Origin: Terriglobia bacterium
Lineage (GTDB): Bacteria > Acidobacteriota > Polarisedimenticolia > Polarisedimenticolales > CAVOVZ01
Assembly (NCBI GenBank): GCA_963699985.1
Contig: CAVOVZ010000027.1
Span: 16,128-80,127, forward strand
Direction of reading: 5' to 3'
Length of the DNA: 64,000 bases
The position numbers and the translations under genes were made by a program. Below the pieces are notes generated by a model. It ran no database searches. It had not been told where the DNA came from and saw only the letters and a list, made by a program, of their open reading frames with translations. Positions within the stretch are counted from its first letter, which is position 1; every line of letters starts with the position of its first letter. Positions 10,801-18,297 of this stretch are shown one piece after another.

Positions 10801-12790
10801 CAACGTGTGCACGTCCGACTCGTGCGTCACGTCCACGGGCTGCGTTCACGCGAACATCACGGGGTCGTGCAGCGACGGGAACGCGTGCACCACCGGCGAC
10901 GCCTGCTCGGCCGGGGTCTGCGTGGGCGGCGCGGCTCCGAACTGCAACGATAGCAACGTGTGCACGGACGATTCGTGCTCTCCGGCCACCGGCTGCGTGC
11001 ACGCGAACAACACCGTCTCGTGCAACGATGCGAACGCGTGCACGACGAATGATGCCTGCTCGAACGGTGCATGCGTGGGCGGCGCCGCTGCGAACTGCGA
11101 CGACGCGAACGTCTGCACGACCGACTCCTGCGTTCCGGCCACGGGTTGCAAGCACGTGAACGTCGCGGGGTCGTGCAGCGACGGGAACGCGTGCACGACG
11201 AATGACGCCTGCTCGGCGGGAGTGTGCGTGGGCGGCGCCGCTCCGAACTGCAGCGACGGCAACGTGTGCACGACCGACTCGTGCAATCCGGCCACCGGTT
11301 GCGTGAACGCGAACAACACCCTCTCGTGCAACGATGCGAACGCGTGCACGACCGGCGACGCCTGCTCGGGGGGCGTGTGCGTGGGCGGCCCCCCCCCGAA
11401 CTGCGACGACGGGAATCTCTGCACCACCGACAGTTGCGTTCCGGCTTCCGGCTGCGCGCACGCGAACAACACGCTTGCGTGCGAAGACGGAAACGCCTGC
11501 ACCACCGGAGACCGGTGCAACGGCGGGTCGTGCAAGGCGGGGACGACGATCAGCTGCAACGACTCGAACCCGTGCACCGACGATTCGTGCAACACGACGA
11601 CCGGCTGCGTGAACGCGAACAACACCAGGACGTGCAACGACGGCAGCGCCTGCACCACGTCGGATCGCTGCGCGGGCGGCGTGTGCGTGGGAGGGCCGGC
11701 GCCGGACTGTGACGACAACAAGATCTGCACGGACGACCTGTGCAGCCCCTCCTCGGGCTGCCTCCACCTGAACAACACCGCGCCGTGCAGCGACGGGAAC
11801 GCGTGCACGACGGGCGACCAGTGCTCGAACGGGTCGTGCGCGAGCGGCGGGCCGACGAACTGCGACGACGCGAACGTGTGCACGACCGACTCCTGCGTTA
11901 CGTCCACGGGCTGCAGGCACGTGAACGTCGCGGGGTCGTGCAGCGACGGGAACGCGTGCACGACAGGCGATACCTGCTCCGCCGGCGTCTGCGTGGGAGG
12001 CGCAGCCCCGAACTGCAACGACGGAAACGCGTGCACGAACGACTCGTGCGACCCGGCGTCGGGATGCGTGAACGCGAACAACACGGCGCCGTGCAGCGAC
12101 GGGAACGCCTGCACGACGGGCGACGCCTGCGCGCAAGGCGCCTGCGTCGGCGGCCCACCCGAAAGCTGCGACGACGGGAATCCGTGCACGAACGACTCGT
12201 GCGACGTCGCTTCGGGCTGCGTCCACGCGAACAACACGGCGCCGTGCAGCGATGGAAACGCGTGCACGACGGCGGATGCGTGCTCGAACGGGACCTGCGT
12301 CGGCGGCGCTCCTCCGATGTGCGACGACGGAAACCCGTGCACGGACGATGCGTGCCTTCCCGGCACCGGCTGCGTGAACGCGAACAACCAGGCGCCGTGC
12401 GACGACCGGGACGACTGCACGGGCGGCGACACCTGCTCGGCCGGAGCGTGCTCCGGGGTTCCACTCCCGCATGACGAGGTTACCGGCCTGCGCCTCGGGC
12501 CGGACAAGTCCGTGCTGACGTGGTCGGGCGGAGCGGATGTCCGTCTGGACACCGTCTACGAGGTGCCGCGCGGACTTCTCGGCGAGCTCCCGGTGGGGAC
12601 CGGAGCCCGAGAGACCTGCGTTGCCTCGGGAATCGCGGCGGTCACGGCGACGGATTCCACGATCCCCGACGCGGGGACCGGGTACTGGTACCTGGTTCGC
12701 GCGCGGGACGGGTGCGGGATCGGAACCTACGGGCACGCCGCGGTGCGGGGAAGCCCGACCGCCGAGCGCGTAACGTCCGCATGCCCGTGA
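4874..12790 (+). CDS. Giant secreted Cys-rich repeat protein (propeller-like N-domain, Ig-like segments, ~35 bipartite Dicty_CTDC-like repeats, C-terminal CP module)
   Basis: The ORF is open from 4376, but 4376-4873 is an R/C/P-rich repeat element. GTG at 4874 follows GGGAGA and gives the hydrophobic leader GLLLTLILILPAGSAAA. An in-frame GTG at 4742 is an alternative start. The repeats are CDDGNxCTxDSCxPxxGCxHxNNTxxC + SDGxACTxGDxCxxGxCVGG. Confidence 0.85.
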   Translation: MGLLLTLILILPAGSAAAELLDAAPPSAGESTPGVPWTGPRGIVETVERIVAREAASAGVPSVVRTILPERLSVRAVARKQDPSAPAVAQWPPAENASSAAPPLEILAPQTIGASFLAANLGAAGGVVPPDASGDVGPTQVLVAVNGRIRVFAKNGTAGGLNVSLDSFFASVRNGSATRDPRVRYDRLSARWFVVAINAAPPNRILIAVSDGSAITGQSSFTFFQFQHDLVGSVPNSDSGGLLDYPTLGVDKNALYIGGNVSNAAGTSPVGSTAFVVKKAALLAGTLQVTAFRQLSDFATTNGPFAPQGVDNDDPNASQGYFVGVDALAFSRLVIRRVTNPGGTPSLSANLNVSVPTTVYPILVPHAGVPENRRLDAVDDRLVSAAVTRNKITGITSLWTAHAIEVNAAGAATIGGGRDGVRWYEIRNLTGTPALFQAGTLFDGAATGPRFFWMPSVAASGQGNMAIGASAAGTGRFAEIATAGRYASDPAGSLQPLAIAQTSSTSYLVEPVDGQRWGESSQTVVDPADDMTLWTFQQYCDATNSWGVRAIELKAPPPALPVSAQPSTVCQGVSSASVTITGSSSAGSAFFDPGSDLGGPGFSNRITASVTGGVAVNDATFVGPTQMVLDLATEGASSGSKAVTVTNPDGQSATGTGILTVVATPPAPVPSNSGPVCAGTALRLSASTLAGASYSWTGPDGFVSTEQNPVIAVATSANAGVYHVTAAVAGCPSLPAATVAVVAGDGGSCDDGNPCTTGTTCSQGACVGGSATSCNDGNACTDDSCAPASGCAHVANTVPCDDGNACTIADVCANGACRAGTQLGCDDGNLCTIDTCDAVLGCLHTNNAVACNDGNACTTADRCSNGACIGGPAVSCDDTNECTDDSCDPALGCRHTIRAGPCSDGDACTTGDACSNGTCVGGGPVNCDDANPCTDEACSPALGCVYEENAAPCSDGSACTVGDVCDAGSCQAGPPLNCDDGNACTDDSCNPLSGCVHVANSISCSDGNACTSGDRCSGGTCVSGGALSCDDANPCTDDSCDPVSGCAHINNTAPCSDGSVCTTGDQCAAGDCVGGPRLSCDDGNVCTTDSCNSVSGCLHANNTAPCNDGSACTTGDACSGGACVGGPAPNCDDGNVCTTDSCSPASGCLHANNTAPCSDGNACTTADTCSGGVCVGGAAANCNDGNVCTADSCVPATGCAHTNVTGSCSDGSACTTGDACSGGVCVGGPAPNCDDGNVCTTDSCSPASGCQHANNTAPCSDGSACTTGDACAAGVCVGGPAPNCDDANVCTADSCIPATGCAHASVPGPCSDGNACTTGDACSGGACVGGPAPNCDDGNVCTTDSCNQVSGCQHANNTAPCSDGSACTTADTCSGGACVGGPAPNCDDGNVCTTDSCIPASGCQHANNTAACSDGNACTTGDTCSGGSCVGGAPPNCDDGNVCTADSCIPATGCAHANVTGSCSDGSACTIGDSCSGGVCVGGPAPNCDDGIVCTDDSCDAATGCVHVNGTAPCSDGNACTIGDRCAAGSCVGGPPRRCDDRNVCTDDSCDAATGCVHANNEAPCNDGSLCTVGDRCSAGVCSSGTAVACDDGNACTTDSCDPSAGCVFTESEERCDDGNPCTDDSCDPLAGCLHAANAAPCSDGSACSGPDTCSGGVCVGGPAPNCDDGNACTTDSCAPASGCQHANNTAPCSDGNACTTGDTCAAGACTGGMATNCDDGNVCTDDSCSPATGCVHANNTVSCSDGDACTTGDTCAAGACTGGMATNCDDGNVCTADSCVPATGCAHTSVPGACDDGNACTTGDACSAGACVGGAAPNCDDGNVCTTDSCSPGSGCQHAHNTAPCSDGNACTTGDACSAGVCVGGAAPNCNDNNVCTADSCIPATGCAHTNVAGSCSDGSACTTGDTCSGGVCVGGAAPNCDDGNVCTTDSCSPATGCVHANNPAPCSDGNACTTGDACSGGVCVGGAAPNCDDGNVCTSDSCVTSTGCVHANITGSCSDGNACTTGDACSAGVCVGGAAPNCNDSNVCTDDSCSPATGCVHANNTVSCNDANACTTNDACSNGACVGGAAANCDDANVCTTDSCVPATGCKHVNVAGSCSDGNACTTNDACSAGVCVGGAAPNCSDGNVCTTDSCNPATGCVNANNTLSCNDANACTTGDACSGGVCVGGPPPNCDDGNLCTTDSCVPASGCAHANNTLACEDGNACTTGDRCNGGSCKAGTTISCNDSNPCTDDSCNTTTGCVNANNTRTCNDGSACTTSDRCAGGVCVGGPAPDCDDNKICTDDLCSPSSGCLHLNNTAPCSDGNACTTGDQCSNGSCASGGPTNCDDANVCTTDSCVTSTGCRHVNVAGSCSDGNACTTGDTCSAGVCVGGAAPNCNDGNACTNDSCDPASGCVNANNTAPCSDGNACTTGDACAQGACVGGPPESCDDGNPCTNDSCDVASGCVHANNTAPCSDGNACTTADACSNGTCVGGAPPMCDDGNPCTDDACLPGTGCVNANNQAPCDDRDDCTGGDTCSAGACSGVPLPHDEVTGLRLGPDKSVLTWSGGADVRLDTVYEVPRGLLGELPVGTGARETCVASGIAAVTATDSTIPDAGTGYWYLVRARDGCGIGTYGHAAVRGSPTAERVTSACP
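7118..12455 (+). repeat. In-frame array of bipartite cysteine-rich repeats (~44 aa unit)
   Basis: I counted 35 occurrences of the SCxxxxGC(x)H/N..C half-unit by hand. It resembles the Dictyostelium CTDC-type repeat (CxDxNxCTxDxC..GC). The periodic DNA also creates long spurious antisense ORFs. Confidence 0.9.
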
Positions 12791-12809
12791 TCCGGGATCG
12801 AGCGCGGCT

Positions 12810-13373
12810 TCAGGCCCGGCTGTCCCAGAGAGGATCGTCGATCCCGCGCTTCAGATTCTCGTAACGCGCCATCACGAACAGGGCGTCCGACAGGCGATTC
12901 AGGTACTTCACCACGAGCGGGCCAGCGTCCTCTTCACGGGCGAGGGCGACGACGGCTCGTTCCGCCCGACGGCACACCGAGCGGGCGACGTGGAGCTGCC
13001 CCGCGCCCGGGGCACCGCCGGGCAGGATGAAGTTCTCGAGAGGCGCAAGCTCGGTCGCGAGGCGGTCCATGAGCGCCTCGAGGGCGTCCACGTGTCGCTG
13101 CTCGATCCGAGGAACCGGGAAGCGCTTCTTGTCTTCCTCGAGCATGCAGAGGTCCGAGCCCAGGTGGAAGAGCTCGTTCTGAATGCGGGCCAGCTCGGGA
13201 CGCAGCGCCTCGCACACGCCGAGGGCCGTCGCGGCGCCGAGGTGGGAGTTCAGCTCGTCCACCGTGCCGTACGCCTCCACCCGCGCCGAGTCCTTGGGGA
13301 CGCGCTGGCCTCCTCCGAGGCCGGTGGTTCCGTCGTCTCCCGTCCGGGTGTACACGCGCGTGATCCTGGGCAT
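12810..13373 (-). CDS. pduO: PduO-type ATP:cob(I)alamin adenosyltransferase
   Basis: 187 aa starting [46 protein letters not shown], the hallmark N-terminus of the family. The start lies 2 nt after the btuB-like stop. The longer ORF-track version (to 13799) overlaps the upstream gene and is rejected. Confidence 0.9.
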   Translation of the reverse strand: MPRITRVYTRTGDDGTTGLGGGQRVPKDSARVEAYGTVDELNSHLGAATALGVCEALRPELARIQNELFHLGSDLCMLEEDKKRFPVPRIEQRHVDALEALMDRLATELAPLENFILPGGAPGAGQLHVARSVCRRAERAVVALAREEDAGPLVVKYLNRLSDALFVMARYENLKRGIDDPLWDSRA

Positions 13374-13374
13374 T

Positions 13375-15291
13375 TCAGCTCCTCTCGTGAACCCGCCGGC
13401 CGGGCCAGCGGACCTCGAACCCCGCGGACAGGCGGACGCCGGCCGCGGGGAAACCGTCCGCCTCCTCGTACCTCTGGTCGGTGGCGTTGTCCAGGCGTAG
13501 ATACGGCGCAATCGTGCCGAGATCGTAGCGCGCGTACACGTCGAGGCGGGTGTATGAGGGGTTCGTGACGCGTTGGTAGGTGATCCCGTCCACGTCGGGG
13601 CGGCTGCCGACGAAGGTTGCCCGCGCCGTCGCGAGCAGTCGTGGCAGCGGACGGAACGTCGCCGTCGCGTAGGCGCGATGTCGAGGCCGCCGGAGGAGGG
13701 GTTCGCCCGTCGTCTCGTCCGAAGCGTCGAGGTAGGTGTATCCCGCGTCCAGGGCGAGCGACTCCCCGACGCGTCGGCGGATCGCGACCTCCACGCCACG
13801 CGTCCGTGCGGCGCGCACGTTCTCGTTCTGCCTGGACCCGAGGAAGTCGTAGAAGATCATGTCCTGGTAGTCGCTCCGGAACACCGACATCTCGACGCGG
13901 TCCGAGTCTCCGAAGTACCGTTCGATTCCGACCTCGATGGAACGTGAGCGCTCCGGCCTCAGATCGGGGTTCCCGGAGCGCGGGTAGAACAGCTCGCCCA
14001 GGGACGGCGCGCGAAACGCGCTGCCCGCCGATCCGCGCAGCTTGGAGCGCCCGTTCCGCATGAGCCACGAAACGGAGGCGCGCGGGCTCAGCGCGGTGCC
14101 GAACGCGTCGTGGCGGTCCGCGCGGAGCCCGACCGTCGCGAACCCGCGGGCGCCGATCGGGAAGGCATCCTGGACGCCGGCGCCCCAGGTCTCCATCTGC
14201 CGCTCGTCGAACAGCACGATCTCGGATTCCTTCGCCGTCACGCTCCCGCGCTCCCACGAGGCGAACGCGGTGAAGCCGTGCCGCGCCATCGTCCAGTGAT
14301 CCGTCGCGCGCGCCTGCAGCGTCCGCGCGTCGGTGTCGCTTTGGCTTGGGAACGGAGGGTCGGGGTTGCTGTAGGTGGGTGTCGAGCGGACGTGGGCGAG
14401 GAGAATTGTCGCGTCGTGACCGTCCGCGGGACGAAACGAGACGGGAGTCGCCACGCGCTCTTCCCGGAAGGTCCTCCGCGCGTTCGGGGATTCGCCATCC
14501 ACCGGTCCGGGAACTCCGGCCTCGCCGTCCAGGATCGATCCCTCCACCCCGAATCGAATGACTTCCCCCACTGCCGCGTCCAGTCGAACCGAGCCGTTGT
14601 CTTCCCGCCAGTCCGAGTTCGCGCGCTCTCCGTCCGTTTCCGTGCCGCGATAGCTCGCGGTGAGCGACACCGGTCCGGACCCGGTGGAGGCGAAGACGGT
14701 GCCGGTTTTCGAGTCCCGGCCGCCGACCTCGATCGCGGCGCCGACGTCCGGATGAGCGGACGCCGGGCGCGTGAAGATCTGCACGACGCCGCCCGATGCA
14801 TCGGAGCCGTAAAGGGAAGAGAAGGGCCCCCGCACGATCTCGATACGCTCCACGTTCTCGGTGGTGAGCGCGGAGAAGTCGTATCCGGAGAAGTAAGGCG
14901 AGTTCACTCGCACGCCGTTCACCAGGACCAGCGCGTGGGTCGAGTTCGCTCCTCGGAGGAAGAGCGACGTCACGGAGCCGTCTTCACCGGACCGCACGAT
15001 GTCCACGCCGGGGACCGAGCGGAGCAGCTCTTGCACGGTCTGGGCTCCGCTGTCCTCGATGCGCGCCCGGTTCAGAACCGTGGTCGCCGCGCCGATCTGG
15101 GTCTCCTCCTGAGGCGAAAGCGTGGCGGTGACCACCACGTTCTCCTCGATCGGGGGGAAAACCTGGGCGCCCGCGACGCCGCACGCGAGCGTGGCGATTG
15201 CGATCCCGACCAGCGGGGCCGAGATGCGGCACGGAGTGGGCCAGACGGAAGACGCAGCGGACCGGGACCGTGCGACGGAGCGACGGATCAT
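13375..15291 (-). CDS. btuB: TonB-dependent outer-membrane receptor, BtuB-like
   Basis: Start MIRRSVARS.. preceded by GGGAGG. Signal peptide, then plug-domain motifs ([38 protein letters not shown]). Beta-barrel C-terminus. Riboswitch upstream and cobalamin adenosyltransferase downstream. Confidence 0.85.
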   Translation of the reverse strand: MIRRSVARSRSAASSVWPTPCRISAPLVGIAIATLACGVAGAQVFPPIEENVVVTATLSPQEETQIGAATTVLNRARIEDSGAQTVQELLRSVPGVDIVRSGEDGSVTSLFLRGANSTHALVLVNGVRVNSPYFSGYDFSALTTENVERIEIVRGPFSSLYGSDASGGVVQIFTRPASAHPDVGAAIEVGGRDSKTGTVFASTGSGPVSLTASYRGTETDGERANSDWREDNGSVRLDAAVGEVIRFGVEGSILDGEAGVPGPVDGESPNARRTFREERVATPVSFRPADGHDATILLAHVRSTPTYSNPDPPFPSQSDTDARTLQARATDHWTMARHGFTAFASWERGSVTAKESEIVLFDERQMETWGAGVQDAFPIGARGFATVGLRADRHDAFGTALSPRASVSWLMRNGRSKLRGSAGSAFRAPSLGELFYPRSGNPDLRPERSRSIEVGIERYFGDSDRVEMSVFRSDYQDMIFYDFLGSRQNENVRAARTRGVEVAIRRRVGESLALDAGYTYLDASDETTGEPLLRRPRHRAYATATFRPLPRLLATARATFVGSRPDVDGITYQRVTNPSYTRLDVYARYDLGTIAPYLRLDNATDQRYEEADGFPAAGVRLSAGFEVRWPGRRVHERS

Positions 15292-15397
15292 TCGAACCTC
15301 CCGTTCGACGAAACGACCTCCCCGTCCGAAACCGGGAAGACACGCCACGTCCACGAGAGATCGAAGCGCGCTCTTCCCCGTGCCCCGACGGGACAGC

Positions 15398-15572
15398 GGT
15401 CCGCTCGTCCGGTCTCCTGGCTTCCGGATCCTCCGCCTTCGGGCACCTTCCCGGGAGCGCGACCGGCCTGGCCGATCCTTCACCCCCAGTGGTGATTCCG
15501 CCCGAGGCGTCCCCGGTCACAGTGGCGGGGGCCGCGCGGGATTCTCACCCGCTTCCCCGATCGTCAGGCCTG
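15398..15572 (-). promoter_or_regulatory. Cobalamin (B12) riboswitch
   Basis: The minus strand reads GGGAAGCGGGTGAGAATCCCGCGCGGCCCCCGCCACTGTGACC ... and a B12-box-like GAAGCCAGGAGACCGGAC. It sits directly 5' of the btuB-like gene. Confidence 0.8.
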
Positions 15573-15953
15573 GCGACGCGCCTTCCGATCGATGACGAAC
15601 GAATCGATCCAACGATCGAACTGAAACCGGCCGAGCCTATCGTCGCTGCGGAGGGTTGTCAAGGAACGAGCGACGGGGGAATGTACGACAGGGAAGTGAG
15701 AGCAAATCGGGGCAGTCGTCCATGACGCGCAAGGCGTCACCCTGGAATGCTGAAAACGTCCCGCGGAAATGCACGGCGGTCCGCCGGCGTGCATTTCCCG
15801 CGGGAGCCGGGGGCGCGGGGGCGGAGCCCCGGATTGCAGACCAGCGACTGAATCTCGCAGGCTTGACCTGGTGCGAGACCGGCGGCTACGATCCACCCTT
15901 GGTCCGGATCACGATCCCGTTGCGACGGTGACATCGATGGGAGCGAGGGTTGC

Positions 15954-17378
15954 ATGCGAATCGACGTCGTCCCGTGCATCGTAGGGTGCCTTGTTGCGAG
16001 CCTCTTCGGGCTCCCCGATTCGCCACGTGCCGCCGCGGACGACGAGCCTCCGACGGAGGTGGGAATCCTGCTGGGAGCTGGATTCGTCGATTCCGACGTG
16101 GCGGGCTACGATTCCGGGTCCGGCGAGATCGGGCCGGTGCTCGGAGTTCGGGCTGCACGACGGTTCGGGCGATCGATCGTCTGGTTCGCCGATTCGTTCA
16201 CGTCGCGCTACGACACGACTCGAGCGCCGGGGAAGGTGGAGGGCAATGCCACCCGTACCGGGTTGGAGTACCTGTTTCCCTCGACGACGCGCGCACGATG
16301 GTTCGTGAGCGCCGCAGCCGGCGTGTTCGAGGCCGACTACGAGATCCCCATCGACTTCGACCGCCCCTTGGTGTCCGTGGGCTTCGGCAAGCGGCGGAGC
16401 CTCGCAAGCCCCGGCTCGTTTCGATGGGAGGTTCGCGTCGATCGGGTGCTGGGCGAGGACGGGATCGAAGGGCGGGATGTCGTGAACGCGCAGGCGCTCG
16501 TCGGCTGGTCGCTCGGACTGCGATTCCGGCGCCAGACGGTGGATACCGACGCGGACGGGGTGGTCGACCAAGCCGACCAATGCGCCGGCACCCCGTCCGG
16601 GGCCGTCGTGGACAGCTCGGGGTGTCCCATCGATACCGACCGGGACGGGGTGTGGGACGGGCAGGACCAGTGCCCGGAGACTCCAAGAAACGTCCGGGTC
16701 GACGCGAGCGGGTGTTTCACGGACGAGGACGGAGATGGGATCGCGGACGGGATCGATCGGTGCGCGACCACGCCTCGAGGCGCGGTGGTGGATTCCCGCG
16801 GCTGTCCCATGGACAGCGACGGGGATGGTGTCCCGGACGGGGTGGATCTGTGCCCGGACACGCCGCGTGACGTGATGGTCGGCATGAGCGGGTGCACGCT
16901 CGACACCGACGGGGACGGCGTTCCGAACGGTCGCGACCGTTGCCTGGACACGCCGAAGGGAACTCCCGTCGACGAGATCGGCTGCCCCGCCGCTGCCCCG
17001 CGCAAGCCCAAGTCGGAGGCATTGTTCTCGGACTCGAAGAACACCCTCATTCTCGAAGGAGTCAGTTTCCGGCTCAATCGCGCGGAGCTGACCCCCGAGT
17101 CCCTGGTCGTCCTCGACCGGATCGCGGCGAGCCTGGCGGACTGGCCCGAGGTGCGGGTCGAGGTCGGCGGGCACACCGACTCCAGCGGGAGCGATGCCCT
17201 CAACCAGCGCCTGTCGGAAGCTCGCGCCGAGGCCGTGCGAGCCTACCTCTTGCGTGCGGGAGTCGCCGCGTCGCGGCTCGAGGCGCGCGGGTACGGCGAG
17301 ACCAGGCCGATCGACGACAACGGGACCGCAGACGGGCGCGCCCGGAACCGCCGCGTGGAATTCACGAAGGTGGAGTGA
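15954..17378 (+). CDS. OmpA-family protein with thrombospondin type-3 (TSP3) repeats
   Basis: Repeated DTDxDGVxDxxDxCPxTP units. C-terminal OmpA domain (VEVGGHTDSSGSDALNQRLSEARAEAVRAYL...GYGETRPI...NRRVEF). Confidence 0.9.
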   Translation: MRIDVVPCIVGCLVASLFGLPDSPRAAADDEPPTEVGILLGAGFVDSDVAGYDSGSGEIGPVLGVRAARRFGRSIVWFADSFTSRYDTTRAPGKVEGNATRTGLEYLFPSTTRARWFVSAAAGVFEADYEIPIDFDRPLVSVGFGKRRSLASPGSFRWEVRVDRVLGEDGIEGRDVVNAQALVGWSLGLRFRRQTVDTDADGVVDQADQCAGTPSGAVVDSSGCPIDTDRDGVWDGQDQCPETPRNVRVDASGCFTDEDGDGIADGIDRCATTPRGAVVDSRGCPMDSDGDGVPDGVDLCPDTPRDVMVGMSGCTLDTDGDGVPNGRDRCLDTPKGTPVDEIGCPAAAPRKPKSEALFSDSKNTLILEGVSFRLNRAELTPESLVVLDRIAASLADWPEVRVEVGGHTDSSGSDALNQRLSEARAEAVRAYLLRAGVAASRLEARGYGETRPIDDNGTADGRARNRRVEFTKVE

Positions 17379-18297
17379 TCGTCCGCGCAAGAGCAACTCC
17401 CGCTGTCAGGTGGTGGGGCGCAGTGTGTGATTCCACTTCGGAATCGACGTTCCGAGTGGCGCCGTTACAGCTACAGGACGCGCCAGCGAGCCGCGCCGCG
17501 ACCACCTCCTGCATCAGAAGGACCACGACGACCTTGCCTGAAAAAGGGACCTGACCCCGATTCCCTTCATCTATCCATGGCGGCTCACGGCAAGGGTGTG
17601 TGGCTCTCTGAAGAGCAGGCGACGCGCGAAGAGCGGCGCCATTCCGCGATTCGGACTGACGTGGTTCTGGTTCGAAAGTTCGAGTCTCTGCGGAGCCAGA
17701 TCTCGGGATTTCGGAATGTTGGCTCTCCAGCATCACTCACACCGCGAGATTCCTGGCTTTTTCCCCAGATCGTCGCCCGCGGGCGCGTTCTTGCTCCCGC
17801 CAGGGAACTCCGAGGTTCTCATTGTGGCGCGGATCGCCTCGGGATGGCGGTGAATACGGCAACCCTCGCCCGCTTTATTCACGAAGGTCCGTCGCGAGAC
17901 CGTGGAGACGGCCGTGAGGACGGGCATCCGCAGGGGCGAGGACCCGAGACGTACTGGAACAGTACGTCGCAGGGTCCGAGCCCCGAGGACGCCCGTCAGC
18001 ATGGCCGGATCCGCGGTCGCAGCAGGAGCTTCGTGAATAATGCGGGCTAGGGAAATGCGCGCTCTTCCTCTCCACGCCCGATCGAGAGCCGCCCTGATCT
18101 ACGGCGCCCCAGCCGACGCTTCTCGGTCGCCTGGAGTTCGCCTTCCCAACGAGACGCGCCATGCGGTGGAGGTTCGGGCGATGCCTGCTGAATGCCAGAT
18201 CGCCATTTCGTTGAATGCGGATCGATTCAGTCGCAATTCGGGGATTGACCGTAACGACGGGCAGGGGTAACAACAGTACATCCGAGGAGGAAATCTC

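Noticed and set aside
6956-12736. Very long antisense and alternate-frame ORFs (1,926 aa, 984 aa, 568 aa and others) overlapping the giant gene
   Set aside because: They are Arg/Ala/Val/His-rich mirror translations of the periodic GC-rich Cys-repeat DNA. They have no start context and no recognisable motifs, and the sense frame has clear domain structure.
13374-13799. N-terminal extension of the pduO ORF (ORF track 12810..13799)
   Set aside because: The extension overlaps the end of the btuB-like gene and is Arg/Pro-rich. The canonical MPRITRVYT.. start at 13373 fits the family.
17400-18297. Intergenic region with small ORFs and a GATTCC-n5-GGAATC hairpin (17429-17445) after the OmpA gene
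   Set aside because: The hairpin is short and lacks a U-tract. None of the ORFs (including 17875..18624 on the minus strand) has coding-like composition or a plausible start.
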